Assembly: GCA_963836205.1 (NCBI GenBank)
Contig: CAWIIV010000023.1
Span: forward strand, 1-64,000
Reading direction: 5' to 3'
Length of the DNA: 64,000 bases
DNA from: an uncultured Acidimicrobiia bacterium
GTDB taxonomy: Bacteria > Actinomycetota > Acidimicrobiia > Acidimicrobiales > AC-14
Below, piece after piece: positions 31,300 to 40,732 of this stretch. The notes below the pieces were generated by a model that was not told the DNA's origin, ran no database searches, and saw only the letters and a list, made by a program, of their open reading frames with translations. How positions within the stretch are numbered: position 1 is the first letter of the stretch; every line of letters begins with the position of its first letter. Both the position numbers and the translations under genes were made by a program.

Positions 31300-31931
31300 C
31301 CCCGTCCCGGACGGTGAGCATCACGCACACCACCCGGGGGTCGGCGGCCACCGCGTCGTTGAAGGCCCGGATAGCCATCGTGTCGGCCGTGTCGTCGGAC
31401 GGGTCGAGCACCTTCCCGCTCCACAGCACGTTGTCGACCACGATCACGCCCCGCTCGGCCAGCTTGGGGAGCACGGACTCGTAGTAGGCGAGGTACGCCT
31501 CCTTGTCGGCGTCGACGAAGACCAGGTCGAAGGGCCCGTCGAGGGTGGCGATGGTGTCCAGCGCCGGTCCCAGGCGGAACTCGACGCGGTCCGCGAACGG
31601 GCTGGCGGCCACCGCCCGGCGGGCCACGGCGTTGGTCTCGGGGTCGATGTCGCAGGTCACGACCCGGCCATCCGACGGGCAGGGCGGCGGCCATCGACAG
31701 GGCCGAGTAACCGGTGAACGTCCCGATCTCGAGCACCCGCCGGGCCTGGGACAGAAACACCAGGAACTCCAGGAAACGCCCTTCGAGGACGCCCACCATC
31801 ATCCCCGGGTCCTCAGCCACCTCCCTCGTCTCCGCGGCCAGGGCCGCCAGCCACGGCGCCTCCGGACTCGAATGGGCGACGCAATACTCGTCGATGTCGG
31901 GGGGAATCCCCCGCGGCTCCACGTCGGTCAC
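31235..31931 (-). CDS. O-methyltransferase (CCoAOMT-like), frameshift near 31672
   Basis: VLEIGTFTGYSAL; FDLVFVDADK; VVDNVLWSG; VRDGVTL. Confidence 0.85.
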
Positions 31932-32194
31932 CGGGACGCCTCCATGCATTGACACCCCGACGGCCCCACGGTGGCCGCGTGCTCGGTGCCGGGCGGCAGG
32001 TCGAGGCGGTCGCCTCCGTGGAGCTCGACGTCGCCGTCGCGGGTGTGGAAGACGATGCTCCCCGACACGCAGAACAGGACCTTGTGGTAGGTGTGCGAGT
32101 GCCAGCCGTAGGTGTCGCCCGGCCCGTTCCCCCACGACGTGGGCGACAGCCCCTCCTCGCGGAACTGCGCCTCGACCTCGGCCCGGGAGGTCAC
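31928..32194 (-). CDS. Small cupin protein
   Basis: WHSHTYHKVLFCVSGSI...GDRLDLPPGTEH; coupled overlaps on both sides. Confidence 0.8.
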   Translation of the reverse strand: MTSRAEVEAQFREEGLSPTSWGNGPGDTYGWHSHTYHKVLFCVSGSIVFHTRDGDVELHGGDRLDLPPGTEHAATVGPSGCQCMEASR

Positions 32195-33447
32195 GGCTGC
32201 ACCAGCGCCCGCATCATGGGCTCCAGCTTGGCCTGCGTCTCCGCCCACTCGGCGCCGGCCGACGACCCGGCCACGATCCCGGCCCCGGCGTACAGATGGG
32301 CCACCGCCCCCTCGATCTGGGCGCACCGCAGTGCTACCGCCCAGTCGCCGTCGCCCCGGCTGTCGACCCATCCCACGGGACCCGTATACCCACCCCGGTC
32401 GAAGTCCTCCAGCTCGGCGATGGCGGCCAGCGCGGCCGGGCGGGGGGAGCCCGCCACCGCCGGGGTGGGGTGGAGCAGCCCGGCCAGGGCCAGGGCCGAC
32501 GGCCACGGCGCCTTCAGCCGGCCGGCGACGGTGGTGGCCAGGTGGGCCACCGTGGCCAGGCGGGCGACCTCGGGTTGGGCGCTGGCCGAGACCTCCTCGC
32601 ACACCGGCCCGAGGGCGGCCCGCACCGCCTCGACCACCACCCGGTGCTCCCGGCCCTCCTTGTTGGACGACTTCATGCGGGCCACCATGCGCCGGTCGTC
32701 GTCGAGGGTGTCGCCCCGGGGGGCGGTGCCGGCCATGGGACGGGACACGACCAGGGCGTCTCGGCGGCGCACGAGCAGCTCGGGCGTGGCGCCCACCAAC
32801 CCGCCGGCGAGGAACGTGAAGCACGTGGGGTGCCCGCCCCGCAGCCGGGTGAGGATGGTGGCGACGTCGAACGGGCGGTCGGCCTCCACCGTCACCTCCC
32901 GGGCCAGGACCACCTTCGACAGCTCGCCGGAAGCAATGCGGGCGAGCGCGTCGTCGATCATCTCGCCCCACCGGGGACGAAGCCCATGGCCGTCGACGAC
33001 GAACCGGGACGGCCCCGGGCGGGCCGCGGCCGTCGGGGCGCCAGTCGAACCCGCGCCCGGACCGGTCTCGGTCCGCCACGCCTGGCCGGCCCGGGTGACG
33101 CCGATGACGACCGCGGGCACGATCAGCTCCGCCTCGCCGTCGTCGGAGAAGCCGGGCGCGCCCACCGCCAGCGGTCCCGAGCCCGGAACGCTGACCGTGT
33201 CGTCGGAGGCGATGGCGGCCAGCAGGGCCGACACCTCGGCCGCGGCCTCGTCGAGGCGCCCCGAGCCCTGCCGCACCCGGATCCGCGCCGCGACGCCCGA
33301 CGTCACCAGGCCGGCGCCGTCGTGCAGCCAGGCGAAGCCGTCGGGGTCGTCGCTCAGGGCGGCCAGCAGTTCGGGCAGGTCGGGGGGGTCGGCCAGCGGC
33401 CGGGTGCGGCTGGTCAGCACCGGCTGCGGCACCGGCAGGGCGCTCAT
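32191..33447 (-). CDS. menF: Isochorismate synthase
   Basis: KVVLAR, GATPELL, AGT, EHRVV, LHPTPAVAG, YAGAGIV, ETQAK. Confidence 0.9.
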   Translation of the reverse strand: MSALPVPQPVLTSRTRPLADPPDLPELLAALSDDPDGFAWLHDGAGLVTSGVAARIRVRQGSGRLDEAAAEVSALLAAIASDDTVSVPGSGPLAVGAPGFSDDGEAELIVPAVVIGVTRAGQAWRTETGPGAGSTGAPTAAARPGPSRFVVDGHGLRPRWGEMIDDALARIASGELSKVVLAREVTVEADRPFDVATILTRLRGGHPTCFTFLAGGLVGATPELLVRRRDALVVSRPMAGTAPRGDTLDDDRRMVARMKSSNKEGREHRVVVEAVRAALGPVCEEVSASAQPEVARLATVAHLATTVAGRLKAPWPSALALAGLLHPTPAVAGSPRPAALAAIAELEDFDRGGYTGPVGWVDSRGDGDWAVALRCAQIEGAVAHLYAGAGIVAGSSAGAEWAETQAKLEPMMRALVQP

Positions 33448-34154
33448 ACCGCGACGCCCGACGCCCGGGTGCCGGTGAGGAGTTGGGCGATGCCGCCCGA
33501 CAGCGCCCGCCGGGACGCCCTGGTGAACCCGGCCGCGGCCATCATCGTCAGCATCTCGGGGGGCGGCGGCAGGTAGGCCACCGACTGCGGCAGGTACCGG
33601 TAGGCGGCCCGGTCGGAGAGCAGCCCGCCCACAAAAGGCACCACCTTGCCGAAGTACAGCCCGTGCCCCGCCCGCAGCACCCGGTTGGCCGGCACCGCCA
33701 CTTCCAGCAACGCCACCCGGCCGCCGGGGCGCAGCACCCGGGCGCACTCGGCGAAGAACAGGTCGAGCCCGAGGACGTTGCGGAGGGCGAAGCCGCACAC
33801 GATCCCGTCGACCGACCCGTCGGCCATCGACAGGGCCAGGGCGTCGCCCCGTACCAGCGGCGCCGACGTGCGGGCCGCGGCCAGCATCCCCGCCGACCGG
33901 TCGACGCCGACCGGCCGGTAGCCGGCGTCGTCCAGCACCCGGCACAGGTCGCCCGTCCCGCAGGCCAGGTCGAGCACGATCGCGCCCGGCGGCAGGGCCA
34001 GCGAGCGCACCGTCTTCTTTCGCCAGCCGACGTCCATGCGCATGGTGAGGATGCGGTTGAGGGCGTCGTAGCGGGGGGCGATGGCGTCGAACATGTCGTC
34101 GACCGCCCGCACCTTCTCGTCGCCCTGGGGCAGCCCACTCCGGCGGCGGGTCAC
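33444..34154 (-). CDS. menG: Demethylmenaquinone methyltransferase (in frame with the upstream MerR ORF)
   Basis: MFDAIAPRYD, LDLACGTGD, FALRNV, RVLRPGG, AYRYLPQS. Confidence 0.9.
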   Translation of the reverse strand: MTRRRSGLPQGDEKVRAVDDMFDAIAPRYDALNRILTMRMDVGWRKKTVRSLALPPGAIVLDLACGTGDLCRVLDDAGYRPVGVDRSAGMLAAARTSAPLVRGDALALSMADGSVDGIVCGFALRNVLGLDLFFAECARVLRPGGRVALLEVAVPANRVLRAGHGLYFGKVVPFVGGLLSDRAAYRYLPQSVAYLPPPPEMLTMMAAAGFTRASRRALSGGIAQLLTGTRASGVAV

Positions 34155-34928
34155 GGAGGACCAGCCGTCGTCGGCCGCCGCGGCCGCGATCTCGGCCGCG
34201 TCGCCCACCGCCTCCAGGTGCTCCTGGGCGACCTGGAGCAGGATGCGGCGGAAGTGGAAGGCGACCAGGTCGCTCACCGCCGGCATCAGGGTGCGGAAGG
34301 TCTCCACCATCCGCTCCGCCTTGGCCGCGTCGCTCAGGTCGTCCTGCGCCCGCAGCGGCTTGCGCACGTAGACGTCGAACAGTTCCACCGCCTGGGTAGC
34401 CACCTCCCGGCTGAGGGCGTGGAAGCGGCGGGCGAGGTCGAAGACCTCGGTAAGGGGCAGGCCGGCCTCGAGCAGGCGCAGGCCGGCGGAAAGAACCGTG
34501 ACGTCGTCGGGGCCGAACCGGGCCTCGCCGTCGTGCATGCGGGGGACGAGGAGGCCCTCCCGGACGAGCGATTCGAGGATTGCGCTGGGGACGCCCACCT
34601 TGGCCGCCAGCCCCTCGAGGTCGTACGCCTCGCCCTCGCCGTCGCCCGCCGCGCTGGTGTCCTCGGCGCCCGCCTCCACCACCGCCGCCGCCAACCGCTC
34701 GTCGGCCGGGTCGAGCTCGCCCGACAGGAACCGCCGGATCACGGCCAACGTGAACCCCCGCCGCTGGAGCTCCTTGATGCGGGCGATGCGCTCGAGGTGG
34801 TCCTCGTTGTACCAGGCCAGCCGTCCGTCGCGGCCGGGGGCGGGCAGCAGGCGTTGCTTCTGATAGAAGCGGATGGTGTCGACGGAGACGTCGGCCTGGA
34901 GCGCCAGCTCCTCCACCCGCATCCTCAT
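34155..34928 (-). CDS. MerR-family regulator with tandem HTH domains; no stop before menG in this sequence
   Basis: VEELALQADVSVDTIRFYQKQRLL; second HTH-like segment; TAGAAT 7 nt before ATG (leaderless-like). Confidence 0.8.
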
Positions 34929-34982
34929 AGTGATCATTCTAGGAGCGATCGCTCCCGTGGTCAGCCCGGGAAGAATGGGGGC

Positions 34983-35609
34983 ATGGCCGCCACCGACCGT
35001 TGGGCCGACGCCTGCGCCGCCCTCACCGCCGCCGACCCGGCCATGGCCGCCGCCATCGCCGGGCTCGGGCCGTGCCGGCTGGTCCGGGGGCGGGCCGCGG
35101 GCGGTGCGTTCGGCGCGCTGGCCCGTTCCATCTGCTTCCAGCAACTGGCGGGAGCGGCCGCGGCCGCCATCCACGGACGCTTCGCCGCCCTGTACGACGG
35201 ACGTCCCACGCCGGCCGCGGTGGCGGCCACGCCGGAGGAGGTCCTACGCCGCGTCGGCCTGTCGGCGGCCAAGGTGGCGTCGATCAAAGACCTGGCGGCC
35301 AAGTCCCTCGACGGCACCGTCCGCCTCCAGGGCTGGGACCGCATGGGCGACGACGAGATCGTCGACCGCCTGGTCCAGGTGCGCGGCATCGGCCCGTGGA
35401 CGGCGCAGATGTTCCTGATCTTCCAACTCAACCGGCCCGACGTCTGGCCCACAGGCGACCTCGGCGTCCGGGTGGGGTTCGGCCGCATGCACGGCCTCGA
35501 CGAGGCCCCCACCCCTGCGGCATTGGCCGCCGCCGGCGAGATCTACCGTCCCTACCGCTCGATCGCGGCCTGGTACTGCTGGCGCGTGGTCGAAGGTCCC
35601 TACACCTGA
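34983..35609 (+). CDS. DNA-3-methyladenine glycosylase II (AlkA family)
   Basis: SICFQQLA, HhH VRGIGPWTAQM, WPTGDLGV, RPYRS. Confidence 0.9.
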   Translation: MAATDRWADACAALTAADPAMAAAIAGLGPCRLVRGRAAGGAFGALARSICFQQLAGAAAAAIHGRFAALYDGRPTPAAVAATPEEVLRRVGLSAAKVASIKDLAAKSLDGTVRLQGWDRMGDDEIVDRLVQVRGIGPWTAQMFLIFQLNRPDVWPTGDLGVRVGFGRMHGLDEAPTPAALAAAGEIYRPYRSIAAWYCWRVVEGPYT

Positions 35610-35785
35610 GGAGCCAGCCGAGGCCCGGAAGCGTCCCGCCGGTGGCCGACGAGCGGAAGGGGCTGCTCGCCTACCTGGCCCCGCAGCGCCGGCCACGCCG
35701 TCGTCGACGGCTCCAGCGATCGCTACGACTACCCCCTCCGCAGGGGTGTCCGTGCCATTCGCTCAGTCCGCCCGACCGCCTCCGC

Positions 35786-35838
35786 CGAGCGATCGCCACG
35801 AATGCCCCCTCCCTGGGGGTGTTTGTGGCAATCGCTCG
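35786..35838. repeat. 53-nt palindrome between convergent genes (REP-like or bidirectional terminator)
   Basis: CGAGCGATCGCCAC...GTGGCAATCGCTCG with inner GCCCCC/GGGGGT stem. Confidence 0.6.
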
Positions 35839-35855
35839 CCCGGCCCGGCCCCACG

Positions 35856-36314
35856 TCAGGGCGCAGGCGGCTCGGTCTGCGCCTGGCGGGCGGCCATCTG
35901 CGCCCCTACCTGTCGCTTGAGGCGGGCGAGGATGGCCGACATTCCCCGCAGCCGGAGTGACGAGATGACCTCGGCCAGGCCCATCTTGTTGTAGAAGTCG
36001 TTCGGCGTGTCCAGCACGTCAGCGGCCGAGGCCCCCTCGAGCCCGGCCGACAGGATGCCGGCGAAGCCCCGGGTCGTGGGCGCCTCCGCCGGTACCCGGA
36101 AGTGGAGGTGGACCCGCTCGTCGTCGTCGATCTCGGTGGCCAGGAAGAAGGGCGTCTGGCACTCGGGCACGCCCTCCATCAGCTCCGGATGGTCGAGGTA
36201 GCGCTCGGGCAGGGGGGGCACCTTGCGGGAGTACTCCAGGAGCGCCTGGATGCGCAGATCCTTGGGGGCTCCCCCGAACAGGTCGACGATGCGTTGCAGG
36301 GCGGGCGTGGTCAC
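35856..36314 (-). CDS. sufE: SufE-family sulfur acceptor
   Basis: VPECQTP, EAPTTRGFAGIL, RLRGM. Confidence 0.9.
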   Translation of the reverse strand: MTTPALQRIVDLFGGAPKDLRIQALLEYSRKVPPLPERYLDHPELMEGVPECQTPFFLATEIDDDERVHLHFRVPAEAPTTRGFAGILSAGLEGASAADVLDTPNDFYNKMGLAEVISSLRLRGMSAILARLKRQVGAQMAARQAQTEPPAP

Positions 36315-36351
36315 ACCCCAGTTTCCCACGGCGCCGACGCCAATTCGCAAC

Positions 36352-36376
36352 AAAGCCGACTATATTGGTCGGGAAT
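36352..36376. promoter_or_regulatory. Putative Rrf2-family (IscR type-1-like) operator
   Basis: AAAGCCGACTATATTGGTCGGGAAT between divergent sufE and sulfurtransferase genes. Confidence 0.55.
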
Positions 36377-36421
36377 CAGGATTGGTAGGAAATCACGCGC
36401 GATCTACACCAAGGAGGCTCC

Positions 36422-37297
36422 ATGCCCGTCGCCGCAGACCCCGCAGCCGAGCTGCAGCAGTACGCCCATCCCGAGATGCTCGTCACCGCCGAGTGGGTGG
36501 CCGAGCACCTCGACGATCCCAACGTGGTGATCGTGGAGTCCGACGAGGACGTCCTCCTCTACGACACCGGCCACATCCCGGGCGCGATCAAGGTCGACTG
36601 GCACCTCGACCTCAACGACCAGCTCACCCGCGACTACGTCGACGGCAATGGCTTCGCCAGCCTGGCCTCCAAGGGCGGGATCAACCGCGACTCCACCGTT
36701 GTCTTCTACGGCGACGCCTTCAACTGGTGGGCCGCCTACGCCCTGTGGGTGTTCAAGCTCTTCGGCCACCCCGACGTGCGCCTGCTCAACGGGGGCCGCG
36801 CCAAGTGGATCAAGGACGGCCGAGAGCTCAGCACCGACGTCCCCAAGCGGGACGCCACCGACTACCCCGTGGTCGAGCGCGACGACGCCCCCATCCGGGC
36901 CTACCGCGACGACACCCTCGGCCACATCGGCGAGGGCCCGCTGATCGACGTCCGGTCGCCCGGCGAGTACTCAGGCGAGCTGCTGCACATGCCCGAGTAC
37001 CCCCAGGAGGGCGCTCTGCGCGGTGGCCACATCCCCACCGCCAAGAGCCAGCCGTGGAAAGCGACGGCCAACGAGGACGACGGGACGTTCAAGGACGCCG
37101 AGTTCCTCCGGGGCCTCTACGAGGGCAAGCACGGCCTCAAGTCCGACGACGACGTGATCGTCTACTGCCGCATCGGCGAGCGCTCCAGCCACACCTGGTT
37201 CGTGCTCACCCACCTCCTCGGCTACGAGAACGTCCGCAACTACGACGGCTCGTGGACCGAGTGGGGCAACCTGGTGCGGGCCCCGATCGAGCGGTAG
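36422..37297 (+). CDS. Thiosulfate sulfurtransferase (tandem rhodanese, SseA/CysA-like)
   Basis: GHIPGA, active-site [16 protein letters not shown]; AAGGAGG RBS. Confidence 0.95.
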   Translation: MPVAADPAAELQQYAHPEMLVTAEWVAEHLDDPNVVIVESDEDVLLYDTGHIPGAIKVDWHLDLNDQLTRDYVDGNGFASLASKGGINRDSTVVFYGDAFNWWAAYALWVFKLFGHPDVRLLNGGRAKWIKDGRELSTDVPKRDATDYPVVERDDAPIRAYRDDTLGHIGEGPLIDVRSPGEYSGELLHMPEYPQEGALRGGHIPTAKSQPWKATANEDDGTFKDAEFLRGLYEGKHGLKSDDDVIVYCRIGERSSHTWFVLTHLLGYENVRNYDGSWTEWGNLVRAPIER

Positions 37298-37311
37298 CCG
37301 GCGCGCCGACG

Positions 37312-37581
37312 TCAGGCCACGGCAGGTGCGGCGGTGGCGGCGGTGGCGGCGGCCACCGCCGCAGCCGCGTCGAGGAACTGGAGCGCCCGGGACACCTCGG
37401 GCATGTCGGACCGCCCCGACGACGTCAGCCGGCACGTCTCCCGGGCCTGCCCGAGCACCCACGGGTCGTACCCCGCGGCCTCGGCCAGGTCACCCACCGC
37501 CTCGTGCTCCGGCACCATCGACACCACCAGCGCCAGCGCTCGCCCCACCAGCCGCACGTCCCCCAGCTCGGCCATCGTCAC
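37312..37581 (-). CDS. Hypothetical protein
   Basis: Coding-like ORF downstream of the sigma gene. Confidence 0.5.
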   Translation of the reverse strand: MTMAELGDVRLVGRALALVVSMVPEHEAVGDLAEAAGYDPWVLGQARETCRLTSSGRSDMPEVSRALQFLDAAAAVAAATAATAAPAVA

Positions 37582-37610
37582 GGGCGACCTGTACCCCCCC
37601 GGAACCGGTC

Positions 37611-38549
37611 CTACGCCGACAAAAGGTCGCGCATGCTGCGGGTCGAGGCGCGCCGCAGCTTGGTCATGGCCCGGGTCTCGACCTGGCGGACGACCTCCCG
37701 GGAGAGCTCCAGCAGCTCGGCCACCTCGTCGAGCGAGCGGGAGCGGCCCCAGTCGAGCCCGAAGCGCAGACCGAGGACCTCCTGCTCCCGGGGGTCGAGG
37801 GCAGCCAGCAGCTGGCGCACCTGGCCGGGGAGCATGGCCTCGAACACGGCCTGGTCGGGCGGGGCCGACTTGGCGTCCTCCACCCGGTCGCCCAGCTCGC
37901 CGCCGTCGGTGTCGTTGATCCGCTCCGACAGCGACACCGGCTCCACCACGTGAGGGAGCAGCTCCTTGACCTTCCTGGTGGGCAGGGTGACGGCGGCGGC
38001 AACCTCGTCGGCCCGCGGCGGACGGCCGTTACGGACCTCGAAGGCGGCACTGGCCATGCGGATGGCGGTGAGCTGATCGCCGGCGTGGACCGGGAGGCGG
38101 ATGGTGCGGCTGGTGTTGGCGATCCCGCGGGTGATCGTCTGGCGGATCCACCACGTGGCGTAGGTGGAGAACTTGAACCCGCGGGACGGGTCGAAGCGCT
38201 CGACCGCCTCGATGAGCCCGAAGTTGCCCTCCTGGATGATGTCGAGGAGGGGCAGCCCGCACGACTGGTAGCGCTTGGCGATGGACACCACCAGGCGGAG
38301 GTTGGCCTGCACGAACTGGCAGGCGGCGTCGGCCCCGGCGCCGGCGACTACTTCCAACTCCTTGCGGCGGACGGGGTCGACTCCCACCCCCGCCTGCTGC
38401 AACCGGGCCGCCGCCGCCTGCCCGGCCTGGGTGAGCTGGCCCAGGCGGGCCTCGTCCTCCCTGGTCAGCAGCGGGTGCTTGCCGATGTCGTTCAGGTAGA
38501 GCTGGAGGAGGTCGTGCTCCTCGGCGCTCTGTCCTCGTCGACCGGTCAC
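37611..38549 (-). CDS. Alternative sigma-70 factor (RpoD-like, no region 1.1)
   Basis: YLNDIG, ANLRLVVSIAKRY, GFKFSTYATWWIRQ, RTIRLPVH, region 4. Confidence 0.92.
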   Translation of the reverse strand: MTGRRGQSAEEHDLLQLYLNDIGKHPLLTREDEARLGQLTQAGQAAAARLQQAGVGVDPVRRKELEVVAGAGADAACQFVQANLRLVVSIAKRYQSCGLPLLDIIQEGNFGLIEAVERFDPSRGFKFSTYATWWIRQTITRGIANTSRTIRLPVHAGDQLTAIRMASAAFEVRNGRPPRADEVAAAVTLPTRKVKELLPHVVEPVSLSERINDTDGGELGDRVEDAKSAPPDQAVFEAMLPGQVRQLLAALDPREQEVLGLRFGLDWGRSRSLDEVAELLELSREVVRQVETRAMTKLRRASTRSMRDLLSA

Positions 38550-38616
38550 CCGACCCCTTTCGCCGCGACTCGCAACGTACCAAACGACGCCCCGCCCGTC
38601 ATGGGTGGCGAACGTC

Positions 38617-39006
38617 TCACGGCGGATCGAAGCGCAGGTGGAGGCAGAAGTCGCCGTCGTCGCGGCCGGTCTCGACCCGGGTCGCGATCTGGCTCATGAG
38701 ATGGAGGCCCCGCCCGTGCTCGGCCAGGGGTTCGGCCGCCACCCGGCCGGCGAGCTCGAAGCCCAGGCCCCGATCGCAGACGGTGACCACCAGCGCCCCC
38801 CGGTCGAGGGTGGCTGCGACCCGGAGCACGCCCCCGCCGTGGCGGTCGGCGTTGGTGAGGGCTTCGTGGACCGCCAGCACCACGGCGTCGGCGTGCCGGC
38901 CCCACCGGGTGCCGGCCAGGATCGCCTTCAGCTCCCGGCGGGCATCGCCCGGCGTGACCGGAAGCATGAGGGGTGCCGGTTGACCGGTGGCTTGAGTCGA
39001 GGGCAT
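38617..39006 (-). CDS. RsbW-like HATPase (anti-sigma/kinase)
   Basis: HEALTNADRHG, VCDRGLGF, EHGRGLHLM; start approximate. Confidence 0.75.
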   Translation of the reverse strand: MPSTQATGQPAPLMLPVTPGDARRELKAILAGTRWGRHADAVVLAVHEALTNADRHGGGVLRVAATLDRGALVVTVCDRGLGFELAGRVAAEPLAEHGRGLHLMSQIATRVETGRDDGDFCLHLRFDPP

Positions 39007-39259
39007 GAGTTGTTGGGCGGCGCTGCGAAAAGGGGGCTCGGTGGTAGGTCTGCCCGATGCGGCCGGTCGGGAACCACGAATCGTGCGGTTGACGCGGGCA
39101 GACCTCGAGCGCAGGTTCGTCGACCTGCGTGCGCTGATCAGCGGCGGCACCGGTTGGACCCAATCCGGCGCCGCGAGGCTCTACCAGTCCGAGGTCCCGT
39201 CGGCCCCTCCCGGAGCCACGGCCCGTCCTCTTGGGTGGACAGGCGAACATCGATCTCGA

Positions 39260-40255
39260 TCAGGTGCACCCCGGCGGGGGAAGTTCGCCCACGGCCGCCA
39301 AGAAGTCTCGGAAGATGACGGCCTCGACAGGATCGTTTCCTGATTCCATTTCCGCTACCGTTTCCCATCCGGACCAGAGCAGGATGATCCCGATCCCGCA
39401 ATACCCTCGTACGATCGCCAGTTGCCGGCGCATTGTCTCCGGCGAGATCGCCAGACGCTTGTCCGTCGAACCGTCGCCCGTGAGGACCCAGAATGAGAGG
39501 ATGGGACAGAGGGGGATCGGTCGACAGTCACTGCGGGTCAGTGTCAGCGATGACTCGATTGCCTGTCGTGTGGCCGCATCGGTCCATTCCTCGACATGCT
39601 CTACACTCGGGGCGAAGCGGACGTAGAGAACCGGGACCAGGTAGTCGAGCTCGTCGTACATGTTGAAGTCTCCGGCGGCTCTATAGCCTCTCATTCGCTG
39701 TTGGAATTCTGGGCTTGTCCGGCCCCTGGCTGCTGGGACGATGACCTGGTAGAGCGCGAGCTTTGCTCCCGTCCCATCCAGCACCTCCCGTGCCACGCGT
39801 ATTCTCAAGATGTACGCATCGACAATTCTTTGCCAAAGTGGACCATCCACATACTTCCCGAGGTCGCGAAGAGCCAGATCTCCCGGCTCCATATCGAGCA
39901 CAACGAGATCGTTCGGACCAGGGTGGATGTCGTGCTCGTGCAGGTAGCGTGTCAGCCTGATGCAAATGTCTTCTTTACCTGTCCCGAGAAACTCGTCTTG
40001 CGCGGTGTCGCGGCCCGCATAAAGCGCTGAGCCTTGGATCAGCACCGCATTGTTGGTGATCCCGAAGTCTTCGAGCTCTCCTCGAAGATCGTTGCCCGCG
40101 AATCGACCCTGAAGCGCAAAACGAACGTCGCAGGTTCTCGAGTCGGCAATGCGACACCAACGAATGCACTTGGGAGAGCCGCGAAGGAGACACCGAAGCG
40201 CACACCGCAGCCAGCGAAAGAAGCAACGGATCCACCTGCCGAGGTCAGAGCTCAT
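39260..40255 (-). CDS. Hypothetical protein, possible glycoside hydrolase-like barrel; lower GC than its flanks
   Basis: VVLDME, LDYLVPVLY, IILLWSG; Cys/Arg/Trp-rich N-terminus. Confidence 0.55.
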   Translation of the reverse strand: MSSDLGRWIRCFFRWLRCALRCLLRGSPKCIRWCRIADSRTCDVRFALQGRFAGNDLRGELEDFGITNNAVLIQGSALYAGRDTAQDEFLGTGKEDICIRLTRYLHEHDIHPGPNDLVVLDMEPGDLALRDLGKYVDGPLWQRIVDAYILRIRVAREVLDGTGAKLALYQVIVPAARGRTSPEFQQRMRGYRAAGDFNMYDELDYLVPVLYVRFAPSVEHVEEWTDAATRQAIESSLTLTRSDCRPIPLCPILSFWVLTGDGSTDKRLAISPETMRRQLAIVRGYCGIGIILLWSGWETVAEMESGNDPVEAVIFRDFLAAVGELPPPGCT

Positions 40256-40732
40256 CGCTGCGAGTCGCTGGGTGCGAGGGGAAAAGTGCGATCCACGTGG
40301 CGAGTGCCAACTGGGAGCGGGCTGCCCTTCCCCCAAAAGAGGGAAGCACGGGGCCGGCCCATCCAGGGGACCTGCCGGACCGGGCCATCGAACCGTTCAG
40401 GTCCAATCATGGCTTCCGCATCCTCCTCGCCGTGAGCTCGAGCCCCTCGGGGATGGGGTGCCGAGCTCTGAGCGCCATTCTACCGAGCCGGCGGCCGGCT
40501 CGCCGGGGGGCGGGCGGGGCGCGACGGCGCGTCGGCCGGTCCGCCGACCGCATGAAACGCCGGGTTCGGCGGCGTCTCCCACGACCGTCTGGCCGACCCG
40601 CCACACGACCCGTCTCTCTCCCGGGCGAGTGCCTCCAACGAGGCCTCCGGATCCGCGTCATGATTCCGCTCCCGGCACGTGACCCCCACCGGGTCTGCCG
40701 AACGTGTGACGCCCGCAAGGAGGTACTGGGAA

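Noticed and set aside
40340-40700. Possible riboswitch/ncRNA upstream of the sugar ABC operon
   Set aside because: Only generic GC hairpins; no recognisable motif.
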